Below are positions 34,238-45,500 of a stretch of 64,000 nt of DNA, piece by piece. The notes below the pieces were generated by a model. It saw nothing but the letters and a program-made list of their open reading frames with translations, had not been told where the DNA came from and did not search any database. Within the stretch, counting starts at the first letter, position 1, and the number at the start of each line of letters is the position of its first letter. The position numbers and the translations under genes are program-made. This DNA is from Trypanosoma brucei (taxonomy: Eukaryota): contig CH464491.1 of assembly GCA_000002445.1 (NCBI GenBank), positions 5,120,001 to 5,184,000 of the forward strand. The letters are read 5' to 3'.

Positions 34238-35584
34238 GGCTTGAATCCTTGTGTCTTCCTTAATCATGTAAGTGAGTAAACAGTTATGCGACTCGCCTTT
34301 GCGTTGCAGCGATTTATCTGGTTGCCTCCCCATGTCAGTTCCAGAAACAAGCTCGTAGACTTCACATCGTTGTCATATGTCTGGATCTTTTGCCTTTAAA
34401 GCAACATTTGATTATGTGGCCGTGGTGTTCTTCCTTTCTATGCTGTGGCGACGTTAAATTCCGCCACTCCATTTATATAAATTTTCAACCAAGGATCGGT
34501 CTCTATATCGCTGTCAGTTTGGTGAGTGCACAAAACAAAATGATAAAACCGCTGCAAACAAGTGAATAGCATGTATTAAAAGAAAAAAACGCAAAATAAA
34601 AAAATTGGCATAAAGATATACATACATATGTAAATTACCACACTAAATGGTATCGTTTTTTTACGTGTTTAACTTGTAAAAAGGTTAGTTCCACCGTAGA
34701 AAGAGGTGAAAATTCTAAAAACGTTTAACGTAAATTTTGTTTTTTGCTAATGTCTTTTGCTAATTTCAACCTATATCATACTGTGTTCATTTATATAGTT
34801 CTTTCATACACGACTAGAATTTTCTTTCTGGCATTCTTTAAAATACCGCAGATTTTGGCATACCTAAGACATTTTATATTTGTGTTTTTAAATGTCTTCT
34901 ACCATCTAGTAGTTTCAATGTATCCTCATGACTCCGAGTGACCAGACACCGCTGTTGCTTAACTTTGAGTCGGACGGTGTTGTGCTTCTTTTTTAGATCT
35001 TTTAGTATGGATATGGTTCACTTTTTCTTAAGACTTGGAATTTTGGAGAAAGAAAGTGCTTTCCTTACTGCTTCCACCTTGTTAATACGATACATTATTT
35101 TTGCATCAATCAAAACTCTTACGTTAATTATTCGTTTCTTGAGAGGTCTTAATGTCTGGCCTTTATACATGTCTTAAATTTGTGGAGTATCAGCATTGAT
35201 TGTCTTTACTTAATATAGATCCTTCATTATTTCATATACGTGTGTTCTTCTTCTTATATCGCCGGTCTTTACTGGATCTTTAGTCAGCTTTTTCTTTTGC
35301 TTCATTTCCTTTCAGTTTCTGACAAAAAAGTAACTCAACTACTTTTGCAAGGTTTACTTTTGTCATTAATGATTTACGTATCCTTCGTTTTGTGTGTAAT
35401 AATGTACATTGCCTTTAATGTGTTTGAAACTTTGCATATTCCATCTTTTTCCATTTGTCTTTTTGCATTTCCTTTCATAACAATATTCCTCGCGCTCTCT
35501 CGCTCATCCACTGCCCCACTCACACTGCACCACTGTCGTTGTCTTAAGCCCTTCTATATTTGTCATCTATTTAGTCTCTACCAC

Positions 35585-35645
35585 TAACCTTACTATAATA
35601 TTAGTAAAGACACACTGACAATACACTCCTATTGTTATCACCTTT
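35585..35645 (-). repeat. Degenerate 70-bp repeat
   Basis: ccttactataatattagtaaagacacactgacaatacactcctattgttatc. Confidence 0.5.
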
Positions 35646-35925
35646 ATAGTCTCAATTGACATCTATAAAATGAAGAATAATAAACAAAAATTAACTAAAT
35701 TAGAATAGCACTCATTTTCACACCACATTACCTTACTTTGTTACATCTTTGTTCCTAGAGGTCGCTTTCGTATAAAAATTACGTATTCATTTAAAAACAA
35801 TTCATTATTTTTCATATTTCGCAAAGGTTTAAAAAAAGTGATATAATATATTAAATTTCATAAAAATTTAACAAATCCTTTCAACATAGAAGAGTTTCAC
35901 AAAATTCATGAAATTCAAAAAATCA

Positions 35926-36380
35926 TTAAAGTACTATAATTTTATAATTATAGAGTGCAGCCAAACCCGTCAAAGCAGCAGCTATATTCATAGCCGATTT
36001 CTCATTGACAAGAAAAACTGGAAGAGCGGCACTCGGACTTGAGAAGCTTTCCCGTACCATCAACACGGTCAATTCATCAACATACTGCTTTCTGACCCGG
36101 TTTGGCATCCTTTTTTTTTTGCCTCACATGCTTTCTGGGATCGGTGTTTATTTTAATCTACCACAGTGCTTGTCTCTTTCGTTCCTGCTGCTGTATTTTC
36201 TGCTCCTGGTTTGGATTTGCATTCCTCTTTGTTGCCGTCATAATTGCAGTGCTCGCTTGGGCATTCGTCAGCTGTTGTGTTTTTTAGCTTGCATTTATTC
36301 TGTTCTTCTATTGTTGGATTGTTGCTTTTTTTTTTTTGCGGTGGATTTATGCCCGTGGTGATTATGGAGCCCTGCATTAA
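35926..36380 (-). pseudogene. VSG: VSG C-terminal fragment (EEQNKCKLKNTTADECPSEHCNYDGNKEECKSKPG…; GPI tail …AAALTGLAALYNYKIIVL* in a shifted frame)
   Basis: ORF 36153-36377 plus tail ORF 35926-36108; homologous to 11990-12300. Confidence 0.65.
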
Positions 36381-36589
36381 GGTGCTTTACATCTGCTGCC
36401 GGAGCTGTTGCGGCATGGCAATGTGCACGCATTGGCCTGCTGACACACAAGTTAACTGCTCGCCGCACCCGACTGCTTTGGCCAGGCTGCTATGTCGGCT
36501 GGCTTTAGCCGCCAAACTCCATATTCTGCCCTTTCTAAATATTAAGATTGTTTTGCTAGCGCCCCTTGAAAGGAAAATTGTATACCGGA

Positions 36590-36890
36590 GCGAAACTGCC
36601 ACAAGCCAGCGTTTAAAATAAATTTGAAGTCGCGCGCAGTGCAAAATGCAGAGATGAAATTCACCAAAGCAGAAAGAGTAACAAACACCACTGCGCGGGT
36701 AGTTTCTGAATATAAAAGGAGCCGCTGCATCACTGAAAAAATTAAAAAAAACAATGTGCTGCAAAAAAAAAAACAGAACAGCCGCTGTATCATTAAGAAA
36801 ATTGCAAAGAGAAGCAATCCAATACGGAAGAGCTGCGTAAAAAAAATGTAACCCTAACCAAGTAACCCTAACCCTAACCCTAACCATTCC
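36590..36890 (-). repeat. Interstitial telomere-like module D: two AGCCGCTG(C/T)ATCA(C/T)T motifs (36721, 36781) plus (CCCTAA)n 36850-36887; conserved block X at 36380-36660
   Basis: taaccctaaccaagtaaccctaaccctaaccctaacc; gagccgctgcatcactg…cagccgctgtatcattaag. Confidence 0.85.
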
Positions 36891-37029
36891 TACCTACCCC
36901 CAACTTCCACAAAAACTCAAAAAAAAACGGGAAAAGAAAAAACAAATTAAGTTATCAGAAAATCAAAAAAATTACAGAATCAGACAGTCAATTTACAAAA
37001 ACAGTTCGATTTTTTCGGTTAAATTAAAG

Positions 37030-37045
37030 GTGTTAAAATATGTCA
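37030..37045 (-). promoter_or_regulatory. VSG 3'UTR 16-mer variant (TGACATATTTTAACAC)
   Basis: gtgttaaaatatgtcagaagttttcaagtagcaaaaa. Confidence 0.8.
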
Positions 37046-37106
37046 GAAGTTTTCAAGTAGCAAAAAATTTTAGAAAAATTAAAAAAAAAAATTGAGGGGG
37101 AAAAAT

Positions 37107-38651
37107 TTAAAAAAGCAAGGCCACAAATGCAGCAGAAACAATGCTGAGGGCGAATTTCTTGTTTAGGAGAATAGAGGAATCCTGGCACTTTCCTTCAATC
37201 CAACCGCAAACAGCGTTTTTGCCCTCCTTCTTTTTTCCTGGGGCCTTGGCGCATGTGTCGGGGTCCGTATACTGGCCACAATTAGGGTCTTCTGCCCCTC
37301 CTGCTGCTGCTGCTGTGTTTTCTGTTCCTGCTTTAGGTTTGCACTCGTTTTCCTTTTCGTCATGTTCGCAGCCAAGGCTTTTGCATTCTGTTGCGGTTTT
37401 CTTTGCTGTGTCGCTGCAGTTGCTGTTTGTCGGCTGTTTTTCCTCGGTCTTGTCTGCTTGCTGCTTTTGTTCCGAGGCTGGGCTGTGTCTTTCATCGGTG
37501 ATGGCTGCCGATTTTAGTGCGTAGGCTGTTTTCGCCGCTGCCGCTATGGTCTGCTCCACGGCTGCTAGTTTCGACAGAGCTTGTTCGTGTTCATGTAGCA
37601 GCTTGGCTGCTGTCTGCAGTTGGCTTAGCCATGGGTGAGTTGCTAGAGTTTCCAGTTCCTGCTTTGTTCCTGCTTTGTACATCACGCAGATGCCTTGGTT
37701 CGATTTCCCTGAGCAACCTGTTCCGGTGTAAAAGCCGTAGTAAGTGTCTTTGCCTTTCTGTTGGAATGCGTTGATTAATGCTGTTGCTTTTGCCTGTACT
37801 TCGGCTGCCGTGGCTGGCGTTTTGGGCGATGGTTGTGGGCACTTGCTTAGAAGATCTTTTAGAACTTGCTCCGGTGTGCTGCTCGGGTTGAATGCCGTTG
37901 ACGACTGACTGCTTTCGCAGAGCTTGTTGTTGTCGGTGCCGTCGACTCCGCAAACGCACAGCATAAACTGTGCTATTGTGTTTGCTTTGGCGTCAGTGTT
38001 TGGGGCTCCGCACAGCAATTGTCTGGTCGTTCCGGTGCCTCCCTGGCCTTTGCAGTCGGTGTCTTTCGCACCGGCGGGGGTAAAATCGTCACGGCCGTAG
38101 GCGGCGATCTTCAGCGCTTTGAGTGCATCGTTTGCTTTGTCCTTTTCGGGACCGGTCGCTAGTTGTGTGACGTGTTGCAGCGCTTGAAAAGCGTGTTCCG
38201 CTATCGGGTTTAGCTGCCTTCTGTAGTTTGCTAGCTGTTCTTCCGTTACGTCGGCCAGTCCCGCGGTCTGTAAAATCTGTCGTCTTGTATCGCTGTCTTT
38301 GACCGCGGCTGCTGCTTGTTTCCAGTACTCTTCTCTGGGGTCCGGAGCTGCTGGCTGTGCGGGTGCTGATGCGATCTGTTGTTTGTGCGCCGCTCCCTCG
38401 GTTTTGCTTGCGATTGTGTCGCGCCAACTCTGCGGTGCTACGGAGGCGTTGAGCTTCGCAATGGCCAGATAAGAAACCTGCGCTTGTGCATCTGTGATTT
38501 TTGCCGGAGCTGGTCGCTCTGCTAGGTTGACGAGCTCGCACAGCTGTCGGAAAAGGTGGCCGTGCTCGCCGTCGTCCGGGGCGCTGCTGGCCAGATAAGC
38601 TAGCGTCGCGACAATCGCAGATACTCGGATAAGGTAGCTTGTTTTGATCAT
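37107..38651 (-). CDS. VSG: VSG, intact (514 aa; signal peptide MIKTSYLIRVSAIVATLAYLASSA; GPI signal SSILLNKKFALSIVSAAFVALLF)
   Basis: Uninterrupted ORF with VSG N- and C-domain features. Confidence 0.9.
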   Translation of the reverse strand: MIKTSYLIRVSAIVATLAYLASSAPDDGEHGHLFRQLCELVNLAERPAPAKITDAQAQVSYLAIAKLNASVAPQSWRDTIASKTEGAAHKQQIASAPAQPAAPDPREEYWKQAAAAVKDSDTRRQILQTAGLADVTEEQLANYRRQLNPIAEHAFQALQHVTQLATGPEKDKANDALKALKIAAYGRDDFTPAGAKDTDCKGQGGTGTTRQLLCGAPNTDAKANTIAQFMLCVCGVDGTDNNKLCESSQSSTAFNPSSTPEQVLKDLLSKCPQPSPKTPATAAEVQAKATALINAFQQKGKDTYYGFYTGTGCSGKSNQGICVMYKAGTKQELETLATHPWLSQLQTAAKLLHEHEQALSKLAAVEQTIAAAAKTAYALKSAAITDERHSPASEQKQQADKTEEKQPTNSNCSDTAKKTATECKSLGCEHDEKENECKPKAGTENTAAAAGGAEDPNCGQYTDPDTCAKAPGKKKEGKNAVCGWIEGKCQDSSILLNKKFALSIVSAAFVALLF

Positions 38652-38802
38652 TTCCTTTGTTTAGCCCTAGTGCGGATGGTTGATGGCAGACACCTTGTGT
38701 CGGCAAGGATTGCAACATATGCTGGTGGCTCTTGCGCCTGCATAAGTAAGGTGTTTTTTGGTTGCCTTTCTTCATTGCTTTGTGTAGGTCTTTGTTTATC
38801 TA

Positions 38803-39899
38803 TCACGTTTTATTAGCTTTAAACAAATACCCTTCTTTAAACGCGTCCCCACAAATTCTTTCATATCGAAAATGCCAATTCTCTCCGGACACTGCATAAG
38901 TTTCTATTTTCCCCATATCCTTCGAATTAAATTCTCCTCCTTTCAACCTTTTATACCAAGTAAGATTTTTCACAATTAACTTCGCTTTTTCCTCCCATGC
39001 AATAGGCTGTCCGGGAAAATGAATGAATGGGGCTTCTCCAATCACACCACTACTGGGAATAGTAAAAAATATCTCTTTATAATCCAATTCAATCATTCCT
39101 CTCTTCAAAACAAATCTCTGTCCAACAGCTTCCTCCTGTGTAACACTCCATATTAGCAATGGCGTATAGATACTCTGCTCTGACCACCACTCCTCGCTCC
39201 CTTTAAGCAATTCTCCAAAAGCATATTCAAATTTCTTAAATGCCCAAACTCTTGCGATTATATTACCACCTCCAAGGTAAGGTTTTCCGCTAGGAGGTGA
39301 TTTTAGTAAATGGGGTAATTTTTATCATATTCTTTTTGGTAACCAACATTAAAAAACCAAAAACATCTCTGTACATGCTCCTTGTGATCTGAGTTCATGA
39401 GCAAGTTCAACTGAGGAGCATAACACTCCGGAGTTGCTATAAATAAAATAGGGGAAATATGCTTCTCTTTTACTGTATCCTCTTCACTAAACTTCTCTTC
39501 ATTTTCCGCAGTATTTTGCATAAACTATTACACAGCATTCTCAGACTTCTGTTAACTAACAATAACATCAGATCCATCTGCAGTTATTACAATATTCTCA
39601 TCACTTGCATTCTGGTTTTCTAAAAATTCCATAATCAACTGCGGCCTCTTAACATGCTTATACAAACCTCCCATCGCAATTGAAATAATTTCAACATGGC
39701 TTAGTTTAGCACTCAATATGAGGATACACCATCCTTGTGTTGCGTGAGTTTGAACGGCAACCACAAATACTCTATGTTTCTTATTATTATTCTTTGTCAT
39801 ATTTGTTATGTTATTTGTCTCATTACCGTCATGAGATATTGAGTATAAACACACGAAGTGCAGAAAAGCCAGATAAAGCCCACATAAACTATATTTCAT
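38803..39899 (-). pseudogene. Secreted, N-glycosylated subtelomeric family member (tentatively ESAG3-like), frameshifted pseudogene (ORFs 39552-39899, 39303-39521, 38803-39210)
   Basis: Signal peptide MKYSLCGLYLAFLHFVCL, NETNNITNMTKNNNK sequons, three consecutive ORFs in different frames; paralogue of 62731-63832. Family name is from recollection, not from a search. Confidence 0.5.
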
Positions 39900-40334
39900 T
39901 TGCTGATAAAACTTTAAAATTTAAATGGATTATGAGGAAAATTTAAAAAAAACTTATGAAAGAAGATTTAAGCCCAAGAAGAATTTTAAATTTCAACAAG
40001 ATTTGAACCTCAACTGCAAAACATACCACTCTTAATCTAAATGTAAAATCCAACCATTTAGCGTTGACAGTGGCCTCTACCATTGTAATTAATATAGAGA
40101 TCCCATAAGCCTTGCTTACTGGACTATATCTAAATCTTATTATCACATCCATAGTACCGTTTTTTATCATTATGTTGACTGTTTTTTTGTGTTTGAACTG
40201 GGCATAGTTTATTTCCTCTCTCCCTCTTCTCTGCCTCTCTTTTAAAAATATTTTTGTTCTGCCAAACAGTGCCATACCTACACCGCCACCTTGCTATTCT
40301 ATAAAGCGTGTCTGGTTTGTGTTTTCATATAGTT

Positions 40335-40425
40335 TTTACTCCTCTTATTATTATATTCGTATATACACACTCACAACACTCTTCTATCATTTTGTCATTA
40401 TCTTTGTTATTATAACCCCAAATTA
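40335..40425 (-). repeat. 70-bp repeat
   Basis: cttattattatattcgtatatacacactcacaacactcttctatc. Confidence 0.8.
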
Positions 40426-40689
40426 CTCCTAATTTTAATGACATAATCAAAATGAACAAAATACACCAAATTAGAGTAGCGCTAATTTTTCATGCCCTAT
40501 CAAGATTCAACGTAACATGCATAGGTCATAACTATGCATATTTAACTCGAGTTTTTATACTTTAATTAAAAAATCGTAAGTTGTATAAAATTTTAGAAAA
40601 AATTAGCAAATTCTCTCAAAATAGAACTTTTCATAGATTTCAAAAAAATTAAGCGAAAATTCGTATTATCCTTCGAACTCTTAAATTCT

Positions 40690-41767
40690 ATGAAGCCCAG
40701 AAAAGTAGCAGTCATACTCAGAGCCAATTTCTTATTTAAATTAAAGCTACCATTACGGTTCTTTTCTGTTTCCTTTTCATCTTCACCATATTTTTCCTTT
40801 CTCCATGCACAATTTTGTTTGTCTCCTTTTTTGTCATTTTCACAAGCTGTCTTATCAGTGCCTTTCTTTGCACAACTAAATGCTCCTGCTGTCTCTATTT
40901 TTCCACCCGTTCTTGCAGATGCTCTCTACGGTTTTAGCTATGCACTATTTTTTGGTGTCACATTCGCAGCCCGCGGCTGTGCATCCTTCTGCTGTTTTGT
41001 TGGTGGCAGCCTTGCATTTATTCTGTTTTTCTGCTGTTGGTTGCTTGTTGACTGCTGTTTCGACTGAACTTTGAGCTCGTTCTAACAAATTTCTCAGCAT
41101 CAGAGCTACTATCATTTGTTGCTCCAGATCGTTTGCTGCACTTACCAACGCCGTCGCTTTCTGCGTTATATAATGTATTTCACCTAGCTTCGCGACTACT
41201 GTCCGCGCCGCTTCCACCAAAGGTATGCCAGTCTGGCTTCCCAGAAACTTCTTGTGGTTGACGCAGATGCCTTTGCTCGCCGCTCCTATTACATCCCTAT
41301 TACTTTGAGTATCAACGCAGTCTGGTTCTCCGTTGTGCAGTCCGTGTGCCACCAGAATTGTGTTTGATACGCTTCCCGATTGTGTTTGCGCGTTAGGGGC
41401 CGTTTCCGAGATTATCGCTCCTTTCCCTCGGCTGGCGAAGATTATGCTGATCTGATTTTCCACTGTTTGTGCGGTGAGCGCGGGGTCCTTTTCATTGATG
41501 CTTTTGATGCATTCGCCGTGTATTTTTGTTTTCCAGTCGTTGGCTGCAGCTGTTTGTGTGCCTCCTGTTGTTAGGCCGCTTAATGCCGCTGAGAAACAAA
41601 AGTTTGCCGTTTGACCCTTGCTTCCTTCGCATAGGCATACAATATTCGTTGCAAGGCAGCCGCCGCCTTTGCCCGGTTTGCCGTCCGCTGCTGATCCTGC
41701 GCAGGTGAATGAATGCTATACTGCTGCTAGCCACAGAAAATCGCTCTCCGCCGGCTATTTTGCCTAG
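40690..41767 (-). pseudogene. VSG: VSG pseudogene, 5'-truncated at the ingi-2 5' junction (C-domain …CKDKTACENDKKGDKQNCAWRKG…; N-domain TCAGSAADGKPGKGGGCLATNIVCLCEG…)
   Basis: ORF 40945-41463 plus manual translation of 41470-41700; VSG reading frame ends ~70 bp from the ingi 5' end; no signal-peptide region present. Confidence 0.7.
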
Positions 41768-41770
41768 GGT

Positions 41771-41847
41771 CCCCTGGCGATGCCGGCCACCTCAACGTGG
41801 TGCCAGGGTCCAGTACCCCGTATCATCGGGGGAAGCCAAGAGCCAGC
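41771..41847 (+). promoter_or_regulatory. Pr77-like 5' hallmark of ingi/L1Tc (internal promoter / ribozyme region reported for L1Tc)
   Basis: First ~77 nt of the element match the conserved ingi/RIME 5' end as I recall it. Confidence 0.6.
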
Positions 41848-42134
41848 AGAGTTCCTTTCATGAGGAACACTGCTGTGCTCCGGCTACGGCATCATACAGC
41901 ACAGGGATCAGCAGCGTCTTGCTGGGACACCGTTCTTCATTTGTCGGTCCCTGGGCACGTGGCTAGCGTGCCATCAGCATTGTCACCCGCACTAAGATGC
42001 TGCTGTCCGGTGATGTGGAAGAGAATCCCGGCCCGTCGTTGCGCGGGATGCAGTGGAACTGCGCCGGGCTATTTTAAGGAAAGAGATTAGCACTCCACAA
42101 AACCCTTGTTGATGAGCGGATCGCCTTTTGTCTG

Positions 42135-42509
42135 TTGAGCGAGACAAGGATGACGCCTGGAGAGGCGGCTTGCTTTAGCGTTTCTGGCTACCAACATCAC
42201 GGAATAGCTCGTAACTGCAAAGGAGGTGGTGTATCAATACTAGTGAGGGGGGACCTACCAGTCGAGACCGGTATGGCCGTTGTTGGTCGCATTGAACAAG
42301 TGCATGCAACAATTCACCTTGCACGTGGAACGGCGCTGACTGTCACGTCGGCATACATCCCACCAAAACACACCTTCACGGCAACTGACCTAGATACGCT
42401 TCTGACAACTGACGGTGCCCAGCTCATCGGTGCAGACGCTAACGCACACGCGTTGGCATGGGATCGCGCGAGCCCACCAAATACCAAGGGTGAAACCCTC
42501 ACACAGTGA
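42135..42509 (+). pseudogene. ingi-2 AP-endonuclease domain N-terminal part (cut off from the rest by in-frame stops)
   Basis: Same frame as 42591-46757; the SDHHHI motif follows after two stops. Confidence 0.8.
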
Positions 42510-42590
42510 TGCATTGACAATTAGTTTCTGGTCTGCAACACTGGTGAGTGCACCAGGTACGCGCGCCACCACGGGGAGTCCACCCCTGAT

Positions 42591-45500
42591 GTGACACTGT
42601 CAAGGAATTGCACAGTGTACACGTGGACATCGCTGTATTCTCCCGATAGCGATCACCATCACATATTTTTCGACGTTATCGTTGGAGACGACACAGATGC
42701 ACTGAGTTGCCCGCGGCTTCGAAAGCCCATGTACGCATGGCTAAAAGCTGACTGGAGGAATATCCGTCTCAAGGTTGACGAGCTCTGCAGGAAAATTAAT
42801 AGAGAGAAGAACGTCAACACCCTGGAACAGAAATTGAGCTTCGCCATCCGCATTGCGACGAAGGTCTCCGTCCCCCGTGGCTGCAGAGCAACGCCACCAC
42901 ATTGGACACCTGAGCTCGCGAAACTCGATGAAGAGATCGCTGGATGCGGACCCTCCCACCGAAGGGAAAAGTTTATAGCCACGCGTAAGCAGATCCTGGA
43001 CCGTACCACAAAGAAGAGATGGAGCACGCTATGCTCCAGACTTGCGGTGTCAGACCGCTGCAGTTGGCACATTGTCAAGAAGGTATATCCGCCACGACCA
43101 CTAACCACACCGGCTGTACTTGTTGATAACGCGGCCATCACGGACTACCGTCAAGCTGAGAGGTTCATTAAACTGTACTCGTCCCGCGCAAGAAGGTACC
43201 CCGACTCACACACACCGGCACCAATAAAGACGATAGAGAGTGAGTTCAGTCCCATCACGATGGCTGAACTACAGAGATCGATCAAACTGCTACCGAGTGG
43301 ATCCGCAGCCGGACATGATTGCTTATACAACGAGGCACTACAACATCTCGGTAGAACAGCGTTGAATGTTGTGCTGAGGCTATTCAATGAGAGCCTACGA
43401 ACGGGAGTCGTGCCGCCTGCATGGAAGACTGGTGTTATCATCCCCATCCTGAAGGCCGGAAAAAAGGCGGAGGACCTCGATTCTTACAGGCCTGTGACGC
43501 TCACGAGCTGTCTCTGCAAAGTCATGGAGCGCATAATTGCCGCGAGACTTAGAGACACTGTTGAGTCCCAGCTGACGCCGCAGCAATCAGGCTTTCGCCC
43601 CGGTTGCTCAACGCTCGAACAACTCCTGCACGTCCGCGCTGCCCTCCGCCGTCCCACGCACCAATCTCGTACGGGTGCTGTATTTGTCGACTACGAGAAG
43701 GCATTCGATACAGTAGACCACGACAAAATTGCGAGGGAAATGCACAGAATGAAGGTATCACCCCACATTGTGAAGTGGTGCGTATCATTTCTGAGTAACC
43801 GAACTGGCAGAGTGAGATTCAAGGAGAAGCTTTCCAGAAGCAGAACATTTGAGCGAGGAGTGCCACAAGGAACTGTCCTTGGCCCAATCATGTTCATTAT
43901 TGTCATGAACTCGTTGAGCCAACGCCTTGCAGAAGTGCCGTTACTGCAGCACGGATTCTTTGCAGACGACCTGACGCTACTTGCGAGGCACACAGAGAGG
44001 GATGTCATCAACCACACGCTGCAATGCGGCCTAAACGTGGTGTTACAGTGGTCAAAAGAGTACTTCATGTCTGTCAACGTAGCGAAAACAAAGTGCACAC
44101 TCTTCGGGTGTATAGAGCGTCACCCCCTTACATTACAACTGGACGGCGAAAGAATAGGAGCTGACAGGACACCGAAGCTTCTAGGAGTAACATTCCAGTG
44201 TCTGCAGGGGATGGCAACACATGCGGCCGAGACGAGACGCAAGATGGATTTCAGACTACTGCAGATAGCAGCCATCTCAGCTTCTACATGGGGGCCAAGA
44301 CGACAAGTACTGAGAGCTTTTTATCTAGCACTCGTACAGGCACACACCATGTATGGCATTGAGGTATGGTACTGGGACGCTTCGGAACGAAGTCGCGACC
44401 TCCTTGTATCAGCACAACACAAAGCCAGTCACATCATAGCCGGCATACCGCATGGGACGCGCAAAGAGGACTCTCTGCTGGAAGCAAACCTCCTGCCACT
44501 CAAGACGACCACTCTTGTGCGCAGCATGAAATTCATGCTGATGTGTGAGTCACGAGGCGGATGTTTGCGGCGCAGTGCTGAAGAAGTATACCACAGCAAA
44601 CACCCAGTCAGAGCCCTACATTCCCGCATCATGCGGTCCTATCCCCAACTCCGCATTGAGCCACGCGAGCACCCACTAGAGACATCGACGCTCCGCCACA
44701 GCTGCCGACCGATATTTCACACGCAGATAAAGCCTGTGTGCGCTGATGACCCTGACGATGTCAAAAGGGAGGCTTCCGAAAAGTGGATTGAACGGCATTT
44801 TGCACGGAGGGGGAAGGAGCCACCGCGGCGAGAGCACTACGAATTGTGGACTGATGGATCCGTGTCCCTCGGTGAGAAGTCCGGAGCAACTGCCCTGCTC
44901 TACAGAAGCAACACGCTGATTTGCGCACCCAAAACCGGAGCAGGGGAACTCTCATGCAGTTACAGAGCGGAATGCGTAGCATTAGAGATAGGACTGCAAC
45001 GGCTGCTGAAATGGCTTCCGGCATACAGAAGCACAACGAGCAGGTTGTCCATCTTCTCTGACTCGCTGTCAATGTTAACAGCACTGCAGACAGGCCCCCT
45101 AGCCGTAACGGACCCAATTCTAAGACGACTATGGAGGCTTCTGTTTCAAGTTCAGAGAAGGAAGATACGTATCCGACTGCAATTTGTGTTTGGCCATTGT
45201 GGCGTGAAACGGAATGAGGTTTGTGACGAAATGGCCAAAAAGGCCGCAGATTTACCACAGTTGCGAGACACATGGATCCCCAACATCATTGCTTATGCGA
45301 AGCGAGTGCTTAGGTCGGAAGAAGTCTATGAGAACACTCATAGGTTTGGTATCACGGGCAACCACTTTCCAACAAAACCTAAGAAAGAAGAACTGACGAG
45401 GGAGGAAGAAACGGCACTGGCACGCTTTCGGGTTGGGTCCTCAAGACACTATGGCTGGATGTTGCGAAAGATCAACCCGAGTGTGCCTCCACAGTGCCGA

